Source: Octopus vulgaris (lineage: Eukaryota). From it: a DNA stretch of 64,000 bases. Of the stretch, positions 27,271 through 39,192 are shown in pieces (position 1 is the stretch's first letter; every line of letters begins with the position of its first letter). Below the pieces are notes generated by a model that saw nothing but the letters and a program-made list of their open reading frames with translations, did no database searches and was not told where the DNA came from. The translations under genes and the position numbers were made by a program. The stretch is from assembly GCA_951406725.2 (NCBI GenBank), contig OX597820.1, positions 19,034,001-19,098,000 on the forward strand. The letters run 5' to 3'.

Positions 27271-29253
27271 CGGGAAGGGTATCAGACTGCCAGAAGGGAA
27301 GCTAGGAGACAGGTCTATCTAGCCAGAGGGGAAGCAGATAAGAGAAAATTTGCCAATGTCCTGCGCCGTGAGGATGAAAGACTTGAGGTATTTCGTGTTG
27401 CAAGACAGTGTGTGAGAGAGAATCGTGATGTGGTAGGAGAGAAATGTGTTCGCATGGAGGATGGTTCACTTGCGCTAAATGAGGATGCAAAGAGAGAAGC
27501 TTGGAGACGCCACTATGAAAGGTTACTGAATGAGGAAAATGAATGGGATAAAGAGAGTCTGCCGAATGTTGACCCTACAGAGGGACCAGCTATCCGAGTT
27601 GATAGTTCCGTGGTAGCTAAGGCAATTAGAAGCATGAAGACAGGGAAAGCCCCAGGCCCATCAGGAATTACTGCAGAGATGCTCAAAATATCTGGCAGTG
27701 TCGGCTATAACCTAGTCACCCGTATAGTCAACCAGGTGATACACGAAGGAGTCATACCCAATGACTGGTGCAGCAGCATACTAGTCAACTGCTACAAAGG
27801 TAAAGGTGATGCCCTAGATACAAATAATTACAGAGGTATCAAGCTGTTGGATCAAGTAATGAAGGTTACGGAGAGGGTCATAGCCCAACTAATTAGAGAG
27901 AGAGTTAGTTTAGATGAGATGCAGTTTGGGTTCGTGCCAGGGAAAAGTACCACTGATGCTATATTCCTGGTAAGGCAGCTGCAGGAGAAATACCTAGCCA
28001 AAGATAAGCCCCTGTACCTGGCTTTCGTTGACATGGAGAAAGCTTTTGATAGGGTCCCCCGATCCCTTATCTGGTGGTCAATGAGGAAACTAGGGATAGA
28101 TGAATGGCTGGTGAGGACTGTGCAAGCCATGTACAGAGATGCCGTAAGTAAGGTTAGGGTTGGCAACATGTACACAGAAGAATTCAAAGTAGAGGTTGGG
28201 GTCCACCAGGGTTCAGTACTCAGCCCCCTCCTATTTATCATAGTACTCCAGGCAATTACGGAGGAATTCAAGACAGGCTGTCCCTGGGAGCTCCTCTACG
28301 CTGACGACCTTGCTCTTATTGCTGAGTCACTATCAGAACTGGAGGAGAAGTTCCAGGTGTGGAAGGAGGGTTTAGAATCAAGGGGCCTTAGAGTCAACCT
28401 AGCTAAAACCAAAGTACTAATAAGTAGAAAGGTAGACAATCCACAAATATCTTCAGGAAGATGGCCCTGCTCGATCTGTAGAAAAGGTGTAGGTAGAAAC
28501 TCTATAAGATGTACCCAGTGTAAGCTATGGACACATAAGAGGTGCAGCAATGTCAAAGGTAGGCTAACTGGGAAGATAGTTTTTGTATGTGGCAGATGCT
28601 CGGGAGCATTAACCTCCGAAAATCTGCAGAAAACAACTTCCGTCACTTTCCAGGGGGAAAAACTAGAAGTAGTTGATAGCTTCCGTTATCTAGGTGACCA
28701 AGTCAGTAGTGGGGGTGGGTGCGCTGAAAGTGTAACTGCTAGAATAAGAATAGCCTGGGCAAAGTTTAGGGAGCTCTTACCTCTGCTGGTGACTAAAGGC
28801 CTCTCGCTCAGAGTAAAAGGCAGACTGTATGATGCGTGTGTACGAACAGCCATGCTACATGGCAGCGAAACATGGGCCGTGACTGCTGAGGACATGCGTA
28901 AGCTCGTGAGGAATGAAGCCAGTATGCTCCGATGGATGTGTAATGTCAGTGTACATACTCGACAGAGCGTTAGCACCTTGAGAGAAATGTTGTTCCTAAG
29001 AAGCATCAGTTGTGGTGTGCAAGAGAGACGATTGCGCTGGTATGGTCATGTGGCGAGAATGGATGAAGATAGGTGTGTGAGAAAGTGCCAATCCCTAGCA
29101 GTTGAGGGAACCCGTGGAAGAGGTAGACCCAGGAAAACCTGGGACGAGGTGGTGAAGCACGACCTTCGAACTTTAGGCCTCACTGAGGAAATGACCAGAG
29201 ACCGAGACCTTTGGAAATATTCTGTACGTGAGAAGACCAGGCAGGACAAGTGA
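27271..29253 (+). CDS. RTE ORF2 C-terminal 660 aa: reverse transcriptase, PHD-like finger and RTE C-terminal region (no start codon; the upstream YI repeats are microsatellite)
   Basis: Non-LTR RT motifs [61 protein letters not shown], and RTE-typical [12 protein letters not shown] and [10 protein letters not shown]. Confidence 0.95.
   Translation, partial: REGYQTARREARRQVYLARGEADKRKFANVLRREDERLEVFRVARQCVRENRDVVGEKCVRMEDGSLALNEDAKREAWRRHYERLLNEENEWDKESLPNVDPTEGPAIRVDSSVVAKAIRSMKTGKAPGPSGITAEMLKISGSVGYNLVTRIVNQVIHEGVIPNDWCSSILVNCYKGKGDALDTNNYRGIKLLDQVMKVTERVIAQLIRERVSLDEMQFGFVPGKSTTDAIFLVRQLQEKYLAKDKPLYLAFVDMEKAFDRVPRSLIWWSMRKLGIDEWLVRTVQAMYRDAVSKVRVGNMYTEEFKVEVGVHQGSVLSPLLFIIVLQAITEEFKTGCPWELLYADDLALIAESLSELEEKFQVWKEGLESRGLRVNLAKTKVLISRKVDNPQISSGRWPCSICRKGVGRNSIRCTQCKLWTHKRCSNVKGRLTGKIVFVCGRCSGALTSENLQKTTSVTFQGEKLEVVDSFRYLGDQVSSGGGCAESVTARIRIAWAKFRELLPLLVTKGLSLRVKGRLYDACVRTAMLHGSETWAVTAEDMRKLVRNEASMLRWMCNVSVHTRQSVSTLREMLFLRSISCGVQERRLRWYGHVARMDEDRCVRKCQSLAVEGTRGRGRPRKTWDEVVKHDLRTLGLTEEMTRDRDLWKYSVREKTRQDK
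28468..28599 (+). other. C4HC3 (PHD-type) zinc finger inserted in-frame in the RT
   Basis: CSIC-x10-CTQC-x4-HKRC-x14-CGRC lying between [12 protein letters not shown] and [11 protein letters not shown]. Confidence 0.8.
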
Positions 29254-29983
29254 GCCCAGCCCACTTATGAATGCCTTTCCTCCCTTGGACACAAAGACCG
29301 GTTGAGGCAAGCGAAGTCGATATAGAACCTCATCCGACGACAGACACCCATGCCAACCCCCCATGCTTGCGAAGACATGTTGGGGCAAGCGAAATCGAAA
29401 TCGAAACCGAATTGAACCAGCCAGGATCCCTGGCCTGGTGGTACGTAAAAAGCACTATCCGACTCGTGGCCGTGGCACGTAAAATACTCCAATGCGACCG
29501 TACGACAGGCACCCTTGCCAACCCCCTTTGCTTGTGAAGACATGTTGGGGCAAGCGAAATCGAAATCAAATTGAACCAGCCAGGATCCCTGGTCTGGTGG
29601 TACGTAAAAAGCACTATCCGACTCGTGGCCGATGCCAGCACCGCCTCGACTGGCTTCCGTGCCGGTGGCACATAAAATACACCAATCTGACCGTGGCCGT
29701 TGCCAGCCCCGCCTGGCACCTGTGCAGGTGGCACGTAAAAAGCACCCACTACACTCACGGAGTGGTTGGCGTTAGGAAGGGCATCCAGCTGTAGAAACAT
29801 TGCCAAATTTAGACTGGAGCCTGGTGCAGCCTTCTGGCTTCCCAGAACCCCGGTCGAACCGTCCAACCCATGCTAGCATGGAGAACGGACGTTAAACGAC
29901 GATGATGATGATGATGATATATATATATATATATATATATAAATATATAAATATATATACATATATATATATATATGCATACA

Positions 29984-30021
<38 letters not shown>

Positions 30022-30220
30022 TATAAATATATATACATATATATATATATGCATACATATATGTATATATATATATATATATAAATATATAAATATATAT
30101 ACATATATATATATATGCATACATATATGTATATATATATATATATATAAATATATAAATATATATACATATATATATATATGCATACATATATGTATAT
30201 ATATATATATATATATATAA

Positions 30221-30338
<118 letters not shown>

Positions 30339-30386
30339 GCATACATATATAAATATATATATATATATAAATATATATATGCATAC

Positions 30387-30434
<48 letters not shown>

Positions 30435-30508
30435 TATATATATACACATACATATATATCTATGCATATATACATATACACACATATATGTATTCATATA
30501 TTTATTTA

Positions 30509-30551
<43 letters not shown>

Positions 30552-31699
30552 ATATATACACATATGTACATATGATGAACTCTCCCGTCATTAGGTGATG
30601 TATGAAAGTTTGACAATTTCTTACCAGACAACTACAAAGATGATTTATTTATAGTGTCTGTGTAGACATAAGCTCACTTCCTCCATCAGATTGATATTAC
30701 CTGTACAGGTGCAATGGGTGTCACATGTCCACCATTGAAACGATTGCAGAGCAATGTGAAATGATGTGCTTTGCTCAAGAAGACAATAGAATGCCTGGTC
30801 TGGGAATCGAACCCATGATCTTGTGATCATGAGTGCAACACTTTAACCACTAAGCCATGGGCTTTCACATAGTGGAATAGTTACTGTTAAGCACAGTAAC
30901 TATTCTGCTGGTTCACCGCCTTAATAATAATAATAATCCTTTCTACTATATGCACAAGGCATGAAATTTGGATGGGAGGGGGGAAATTGATTATATCGGC
31001 CCCAGTACTTAACTGGTACTTAATTTATTGACCTTGAAAGGATGAAAGGTAAAGTCGACCTTGGTGGAATTTGAACTCAGAACGTAGCGATGGGCAAAGT
31101 ACTGCTAACTCTTTACATGAACACCACCCTGTACTTAACTCCATGTCCCCCTACATGGCCTTGCTATTTGCTTTTGAGCCAAATTAACTAACTAACTAAC
31201 TAACTAACATACATACATACATACATACATATACACATACACACACATATATACATGCATATATATATATATATCATCATCATCATCATTATCATTTTAT
31301 CATTATCGTTGGATGGTTTGACTGAGGACTGGTGAACCACAGAGCTGCACCAGGTTCCAGTCTGATTTTGGCATGGTTTCTACAGCTGGATGCTCTTCCT
31401 AATGCCAACCACTCCAGGAGTGTAGTGGATGCTTTTATGTGCCGCTGGCATGAGGGCCAGTCAGGTGTTTCTGGCAACAACCACGCTCAAAAAGGTGTTT
31501 TTACTTGGTACCTCGAATGTTTTTCATGTGCCACCAGCACATGTGCCGGTGAAGCGATGCCGGCAACGATAACGCTCGAATGGTGCTTTTCACGTGTCAC
31601 CAGCACGGGAGCCAATCTGTGACCCTGGCAATGATCATGCTCGGATGTACTTTCAACACTCCACTGGCATGAGTGCCAATACATATATATATATACATA

Positions 31700-32094
31700 G
31701 GCGCAGGAGTGGCTGTGTGGTAAGTAGCTTGCTAACCAACCACATGGTTCCGGGTTCAGTCCCACTGCGTGGCATCTTGGGCAAGTGTCTTCTGCTATAG
31801 CCCCGGGCCGACCAATGCCTTGTGAGTGGATTTGGTAGACGGAAACTGAAAGAAGCCTGTTGTATATATGTATATATATATATGTGTGTGTGTGTGTTTG
31901 TCCCCCTAGCATTGCTTGACAACCGATGCTGGTGTGTTTACATCCCCGTCACTTAGCGGTTCGGCAAAAGAGACCGATAGAATAAGTACCAGGCTTACAA
32001 AGAATAAGTCCCAGGGTCAATTTGCTCAACTAAAGGCGGTGCTCCAGCATGGCCGCAGTCAAATGACTGAAACAAGTAAAAGAGTAAAAGAGTA
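31700..32094 (+). mobile_element. SINE-A, full-length representative (tRNA-like head, core, internal TA/TG microsatellite, AAAAGAGT tail); roughly 30 full or partial copies in the window
   Basis: A-box-like TGGCTGTGTGG, B-box-like GGTTCAGTCCC, CTTGGGCAAGTGTCTT core and 3' hairpin CAGTCAAATGACTG. Confidence 0.9.
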
Positions 32095-33000
32095 GAGAGA
32101 GTATACACACACACGCACATATATATACACATACGTGCACACATATAGTTCACACCTCATTCCAGTTTATTGTTAGATCCTCAAAGATTGTAGATTATGT
32201 TTACGTACACATCAAATGCCTTTCCTGTCCGCGTTTTTCACATTTTATGCATTAATAAGAAAAGAAAGAAAGAAAGAAACAAGCAAAAAAAAAAAAAAGA
32301 AAAAGAACAGATAAGAAAGCTTGGCTAATAGCATTGTAGTAAGTTGCCAAATTCAAATGTGAAATTCATAATTTAATTCTCTACGGAGAGTGCTTCAGCA
32401 TAATTTATTTGCCATATCCACAATTTTTATTTACACTTAAAAATTTCAACAAATTTCCCTCTGAGGGTTTGAATATAAAATATTTTTGGATTTTTTTGTT
32501 AATCTTTTTTATTTTCTAAAATCCTCCCCTTTCTAATAATAGGAATAATGGTTTTATATTTTGGTACCAAGACAGAAATTTGGGGGAGGGGGTGAGTCAA
32601 TTTACATTGGTCCCAGTGCTCAACTGGTACATGTTTTTTTAACCTTGAGAGGGAGGAAAGGTGGAATTTGAACTCTGATGGGTGGAATAGTTACCGGTAA
32701 GCACAGTAACTATTCTGCTGGTTTGCCGCCTTAATAATAATAATAATCCTTTCTACTATTGGCACAAGGCATGAAATTTGGATGGGAGGGGCGGGGAAGT
32801 CGGTTATATCAGCCCCAGCACTTAACTGGTACTTAATTTATTGACCTTGAAAGGATGAAAGGTAAAGTCGACCTTGGTGGAATTTGAACTCAGAACATAG
32901 CGATGGGCAAAGTACTGCTAAGCATTCCGTCCAGTGTGCTAACGATTCTGCCAGCTTGCCACCTTAATAATAATAAAAATATTAATAATATGCAATATCA

Positions 33001-33509
33001 GGCAGTGTCTTGTCTTTCATGGCTTTTGATCTCAACTGATTGGAAGTGTTATCATGTACATTATTTTGTCATGGTATAAAAGATGGACTACAGCAAATAT
33101 TCTGCTCAATACCACAGACGTGCTATGCCCTGATGCAGTACCAGGCAGTGGCTCCCATGGCTTCTGATCTTAACTGATTGGAAGTGTTATCATGTACATT
33201 GTTTTGTCATGGTATAAAAGATGGGCTACAGCAAATATTCTGCTCAATACCACAGACGTGCTATGCCCTGATGCAGTACCAGGCAGTGGCTCCCATGGCT
33301 TCTGATCTCAACTGATTGGAAGTGTTATCATGTACATTATTTTGTCATGGTATAAAAGATGGGCTACAGCAAATATTCTGCTCAATACCACAGACGTGCT
33401 ATGCCCTGATGCAGGACCAGGCAGTGGCTCTCATGGCTTTTGATCTTTAACTTATTGGAAGTGTTATCATGTACATTGTTTTGTCTTGGTATAAAAGATG
33501 GGCTACAGC
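33001..33509. repeat. Tandem array, ~3.6 x 138 bp
   Basis: GGCAGTGGCT recurs at 33144, 33282 and 33420; units nearly identical. Confidence 0.95.
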
Positions 33510-33716
33510 CACCAGTGTTATCCAAGAGAAAGGTAAAGGGGCCGATACAACTTGGCACCTGTGACATCGCAACTCATTTCTACAGCTGAGTGAACTGGAG
33601 CAACGTGAAATAAAGTGTCTTGCTCAAGAACACAACACGCAGCTTGGTCCATGATTCGAACTCACAACCTCACAATCGTAAGCTCGACACTCTAACCACT
33701 GAGCCATGCGCCTTCG
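33510..33716 (-). mobile_element. SINE-G (tRNA head); related copies at ~9727-10080, 20965-21345, 30580-30866 and 56300-56625
   Basis: Minus strand begins GAAGGCGCATGGCTCAGTGGTTAGAG...GAGTTCGAATC followed by a GTGTTCTTGAGCAAGACACTTT core. Confidence 0.8.
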
Positions 33717-33954
33717 CATACCAGATAAAAGGTGAATTATTGTCATGTAGGTGCAGACTAAATAGATTGAAGTTCACTGCTACCTAAATCAATATGCTGC
33801 CAAATATCAGCAATGGATGTTTTATTCATCAGCTGGGAAGATATTACAGAATCTAGCGAGGCTGGTGGTGTTGTATTGTCTCCTTGGTAAAGTGAACAAC
33901 CAAGTTCACTGTTGTAGGCAGCTGGGACATCATGTAAGTGTTTTGTATGCTTGC

Positions 33955-34430
33955 ATTCATCATCGTTTAACGTCTACTTTCCATGCTAGCATGGGTTGGA
34001 TGATTTGACTGAGGACTGGTGAACCAGATGGCTGCACCAGGCTCCAATCTTGATCTGGCAGAGTTTCTACAGCTGGATGCCCTTCCTAACGCCAACCACT
34101 CCGAGAGTGTAGTGGGTGCTTTTACGTGCCACTGGCACGAGGGCCAGTCAGGCAGTACTGGCAACGGCCACGCTCAAGTGGTGTTTTTTATGTGCCATTG
34201 GCACAGGAGCCAGTCTAGCGGCACTGGCAACGACCTTGCTCGAATGTTTTCCACGTGCCACCAGCACAAGTGCCAGTAAGGCGACGCTGGTAACGATCCC
34301 ATTTGAATGGTGCTTTTTACGTGCCACCGGTACAGAAGCCAGTCAGCAATCACACTTGGATAGTGCTCTTAGCACTCCACTGGCACGGGTGCCAGTCAAC
34401 GAATTTGCGAATTTGATTTGATTTCGATTA
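33955..34430 (-). mobile_element. RTE 3'-UTR-only insertion (representative; others at ~15613-15820, 22855-23148, 31274-31680, 46255-46640, 52915-53090, 56063-56286, 58855-59030 and 62535-62897)
   Basis: GTTGGCGTTAGGAAGGGCATCCAGCTGTAGAAAC...CAACCCATGCTAGCATGGAAA..GACGTTAAAC(GAT)n shared with the 27271 LINE. Confidence 0.85.
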
Positions 34431-34723
34431 TTGAGATCAAATCTTTGCATGGGCATGTAAACAAGTAAAATAAAAATGCATGAGCTAATTCTTTAGCATT
34501 TAAACTAACCACACCCGGCCTTGTTTTACGTTCAAACTGGCCAGATCTGGCCCCTCACACTTACCCTACAAAGTCATTCTAAACATAAACAATTGCATTA
34601 TCAAAATCTCAAAGCTATAACGTAACACCTGATTAATTCAAGACAGGAGTATGGTCTAAATGTTAATGGGTTAAGATGAAAGGAAATGTTCCTTGGCAAA
34701 CGAAACCATTCGATCCATATTAA

Positions 34724-34942
34724 CCCTTTAGTGTTTAAACCGGCCATATCCAGCCCAAATAATCTACCTGTTTTCTGTTAAAATTGCCCAGATTTGGTAT
34801 CTCACACCAACCTCTAATGTCAATCTAAAAACAGGTGATAACATCATCGAAATCTTAAAGCTACGAAATAATGCATGATTAGCTTAAAACAATATGGATG
34901 AATAAATATTATATTTGACAGAATAATCTGAATGCTAAAGGG
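34724..34942. mobile_element. Family D piggyBac-like MITE (a diverged copy also lies at ~34487-34670)
   Basis: TTAA-CCCTTTAG...CTAAAGGG-TTAA. Confidence 0.85.
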
Positions 34943-35114
34943 TTAAAGCTCCAATGTTGGATTTAACCCAAAATGTTTTTGGGTATAATCCATTGTAGAG
35001 AGCAAGTATCCAAAGTGTTGACAACCCAGCTGCAGTTTCTGCTTCATACTTTAGTGTTTAGCTACAGAAAGAAGGATGCTAGTCAGTGCTAAGAAACCAA
35101 GTTTTGGTGTAAAT

Positions 35115-36266
35115 CAGTGGTTTTCAACAAGGATCCAAGTGACCCTGGGGGTCCACCATCATCATCATCATCTTCATCACTTAGCATCCGTTTTCCATGC
35201 TAGCATGGGTAAAATGGTTTCACTGGGGTTGGTAAGCCGGAAAGCTGCGCTAGGCTTGAATCTATTTTAGCTTGGTTTCAACAGCTGGATGTCCTTCCTA
35301 ATGCCAAAAATAAGGAAAGGAGAGGTTTTAGAAAGTTATATAATAAGATTTCATATATATATAGGCGCAGGAGTGGCTGTGTGGTAAGTAGCTTGCTAAC
35401 CAACCACATGGTTCCGGGTTCAGTCCCACTGCGTGGCATCTTGGGCAATGCCTTGTGAGTGGATTTGGTAGACGGAAACTGAAAGAAGCCTGTCGTATAT
35501 ATGTATATATATATGTATGTGTTTGTGTGTCTGTGTTTGTCCCCCTAGCATTGCTTGACAGCCGATGCTGGTGTGTTTACGTCCCCGTCACTTAGCGGTT
35601 TGGCAAAAGAGACCGATAGAATAAGTACTGGGCTTACAAAAGAATAAGTCCCGGGGTCGAGTTGCTCGATTAAAGGTGGTGCTCCAGCATGGCCGCAGTC
35701 AAATGACTGAAACAAGTAAAAGAGTAAAGAGTTAACGTTTAACTGCAATTAATTGGTTATACTTCTATAATGCACAAAATATTTTAGCAATTTTTCAAAT
35801 GCAATTCCTTTTGGGGTTGATAAAAATAAGTACCAGTTAATACTGAGGTTGATGTAATCAACCTACTTCTCCCCCCTAAATTGCTGGCCTTGTACCAGAA
35901 TTTGAAATCAGTTTTTAATTATTATTATTATTATTAAGGTAGTGAGCTAGCAGAATCGTTTGCATGCTGGATGAAATGCTTAGCAGCATTTTGTTCTTTG
36001 CTTTCTGAGTTCAGATTCTGCCGAGGCTGACACTGCCTTTCATCCGCTTGGGGTCGATAAAAGACGTACCTGTTGGGGTCAATCTAACCTGTAATCTAAT
36101 TATCCACTTACCTGCAATTGGTGGCCTTGTGCCAAAATTTGAAACCAATTTCGACTTATTAAAATATAACGGGATTTTTTCAAAACATCAAATGTTTATT
36201 AGGGTCCGGTGGAGTAAAATAGGAACAAAAGGGGTCCATAGACAAAATAACAGTTAAGAACCACTG
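35115..36266. mobile_element. hAT MITE 2 family copy expanded by nested RTE tail, SINE-A and SINE-B insertions
   Basis: CAGTGGTTTTCAAC...GTTAAGAACCACTG; TSD GTGTAAAT / GTATAAAT; internal blocks match 15149-15406. Confidence 0.75.
35364..35732 (+). mobile_element. SINE-A
   Basis: Shares diagnostic bases (GCTAACC, GGCATCTT, CCCCTAGCATTG) with the 31700 and 48399 copies. Confidence 0.9.
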
Positions 36267-37871
36267 GTATAAATAATCATATGCAAATAACTAAATAAGA
36301 AATAACAAATAACAAAAAAAAAAAATCCATGGTCTAATCATAATTTTCTCATCTTTCTGTTCCATTCCATTAAAAAACACTGGATTAAAACTAGGAATAA
36401 AACCATTTTTTCTTTCTTTCCTTCGATGTGTACCAAACACCTCAAAGAGGATTGGACTTTTTAGCATTTATTTATTATTTATTTATTCATTTATTTATGC
36501 TGCTATACCAATATACTTAACTGCGATGTAAACCAAGTACTAGTTTATTCTCCACCTCGCTTTCGAGTTGTTGACTTTTATGCACTATTTTCATGTCGAT
36601 AATAGGAAATTGGATGTGATTAAATTAAACATTTCTCCTATTAGTTGAGAGATCTGATAGTAGTTCTTCTCGGTTTTCTGTGACTGGAATATTAAAAATA
36701 AGGAAATGCGGTTTCTGGTTTTCTCTGGTTTATCTCGATTCTCTTTCTCTTTCGCTTTCGCTTTCTCTCTCTCTCTGTGGTTATCTTGATTTCCCCTCCA
36801 AAGTTAGCTTTGGGAATTTCACTTTTATTCCGTCTCTTTGATTTGGGTTTGATTTTATTCTGTTTCATAAAGATAGATAGATTGCTTTTCATGAGTACCA
36901 ACGCCGACAATATTAACTGCACTTGCATTTGATGTTAATGTGACTCCAGCACAGAGTTTTCTGGAAATATTACTTTGCTTCATGTTTTCGCTCTGACTTC
37001 ATTTTCGAATCCTGTTTATTGATGGATTATTTAGTTCCATCTGAAGTAGTTAGTGTTTGAGTAAGAAATAAAGAAGAACGGATTGTGTGTGTGTGTGTGT
37101 GTGTGTTTGAGTGAGCGAGCAAGGAGAGCAAGAAGAGAGGGAGAGCAAGAAGAAAAGATGGGGAGAAAAAAGTAAGAGGAGAGCAAAATGCAATGTGGGG
37201 GGTGGGGGGTGAGGCGAAAGAAATGAAAATGAAACCAATGCTTTCTGATATTTTCTCAAGCTATTGGACATTTCAATCAGCATTCAGTAACAACTTCCCC
37301 TGAGTTTCCAATAAAACTTAGCAAACATCATTTGCAATATAAGTGAAAAGTGCTGTTGATATTGGTACAGAGAATGAAAAAGTTTCTTTAGCCTTCTTGC
37401 CGAAGTAAATACTATATATTTTTTTTTTTATATATGTATTTATATATTTGTATTTTTTTTTTTTTTTTATCTTTGAAACGAAGTTTTTCCACTAATTCTC
37501 ACTTAAATTGGTATGTAAGAAGAGATCAGTAAGAAAAGTTAACCAGAAATTTTTTTTCTGCTTCGCTAAGATTACTTAATGAAAATCTTATATTAGTCAG
37601 AAAAGCAGTATAAACCGCTGTTAGCGCCGAAGAAAGAACACTTGCTAAAGACGAATTTCAATTGATTCTTCAGTTAATCGTTGCTTCTTATGAATCTGTA
37701 CTAGTTTTTAGCAGTGAACTAAATAAGAATAAGCTCCTTTGAGCTGATTGGAATTTCAGATTCTGACGAAATAAAACATTCCATGCACGATGCCACATGT
37801 TTCATCCAAACTGTACTTTCTATGACTCTTTCCAATCTTCAATTTGGTCCGTTTAATCTTTGATTTTGCAT

Positions 37872-37909
<38 letters not shown>

Positions 37910-38086
37910 ATAAGCTATGTATCTGTGTGTGCAAATATATATAAATATATACATACATACATACATATATATATATATAATATATGTATAGATGTTTGTA
38001 TATCTATGTGTCTGTCTGTCTCTCTGTCTATCTATTGATCTATCCATCCATCTATCTATCTATCTGTCTAACTATTGATCTATCCA

Positions 38087-38145
<59 letters not shown>

Positions 38146-38265
38146 GTCTGTATCTATCTATCTGTCTATCTATCTGTCTGTCTATCTATCTATCTATCTA
38201 TCTATCTGTCTAACTATTGATCTATCCATCTCTCTCTCTCTCTCCCTCTCTCTCTCTCTATATAT

Positions 38266-38306
<41 letters not shown>

Positions 38307-38331
38307 CTGTATCTATCTATCTGTCTATCTA

Positions 38332-38390
<59 letters not shown>

Positions 38391-38473
38391 GTCTAACTAT
38401 TGATCTATCCATCTCTCTCTCTCTCTCCCTCTCTCTATGTATGTATGTGTGTATGTATGTATGTATCTGTCTG

Positions 38474-38530
<57 letters not shown>

Positions 38531-38562
38531 TTATCTATCTTTCTATCTATCTATCTCTGTCT

Positions 38563-39192
38563 AGGTATGGCTTTGTGGTAAGAAGTTTGCTTTTAAACCA
38601 CATAATTCTGGGTTCAGTCCTACTGTGTTGCACCTCGAACAAGTGTCTCCTACTATAGCCAAACAAAGCCTTGTGAATGAATTCGGTAGGCAGAAACTGA
38701 ACGCCTACTGTATATATATGTGTGTGTGTCTCTTTATTTGTCTCCCGCCACTGCTTGACAATTGGTGTTGATGTGTTTACATCCCTGTAACTTAGCATAT
38801 ATACTCTTTTACTCTTTTACTTGTTTCAGTCATTTGACTGCGGCCATGCTAGAGCACTGCTTTAGTTGAGCAAACCAACCCCAGGACTTATTCTTTGTAA
38901 GCCTAGTACTTATTCTATCAGTCTCTTTTGCCGAACCGCTAAGTTACGGGGGATGTAAACACACTAGCACCGGTTGTCAAGCGATGTTGGGGAAACAAAC
39001 ACAGACACACACACATATATACATATACATATATACGACAGGCTTCTTTTCAGTTTCCGTCTACCAAATCCGCTCACAAGGCTTTGGTTGGCCTGGCGCT
39101 ATAGTAGAATACACTTGCCCAAGGTGCCACACAGTGGAACTGAACCCGGAACCATGTGGTTGGTAAGCAAGCTACTTACCACACAGCCACCT
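38563..39192. mobile_element. Inverted SINE-A pair (38563-38797 plus, partial; 38803-39192 minus)
   Basis: Two copies in opposite orientation separated by a few bases. Confidence 0.85.

Larger units (their letters stand above)
27271..29918 (+). mobile_element. RTE-clade non-LTR retrotransposon (LINE), 5'-truncated, young copy inserted in a (TA)n tract
   Basis: Uninterrupted RT ORF, ~650-bp structured 3' UTR ending ...CCAACCCATGCTAGCATGGAGAACGGACGTTAAAC(GAT)n, and (TA)n on both sides. No endonuclease domain is present because of the truncation. Confidence 0.95.

Noticed and set aside
27852-29264. Minus-strand ORFs of 70-140 aa within the LINE
   Set aside because: Shadow ORFs opposite a coding frame; no motifs.
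33125-33160. Possible hammerhead (CTGATG) or twister (GTACCAGGC) motif in the 138-bp unit
   Set aside because: No CUGANGA/GAAA pair and no P4 or pseudoknot pairing could be built.
33640-33716. tRNA-like sequences (also ~16325-16375, 21280-21345 and all SINE heads)
   Set aside because: A and B boxes are present but no complete cloverleaf is evident; most continue into SINE cores.
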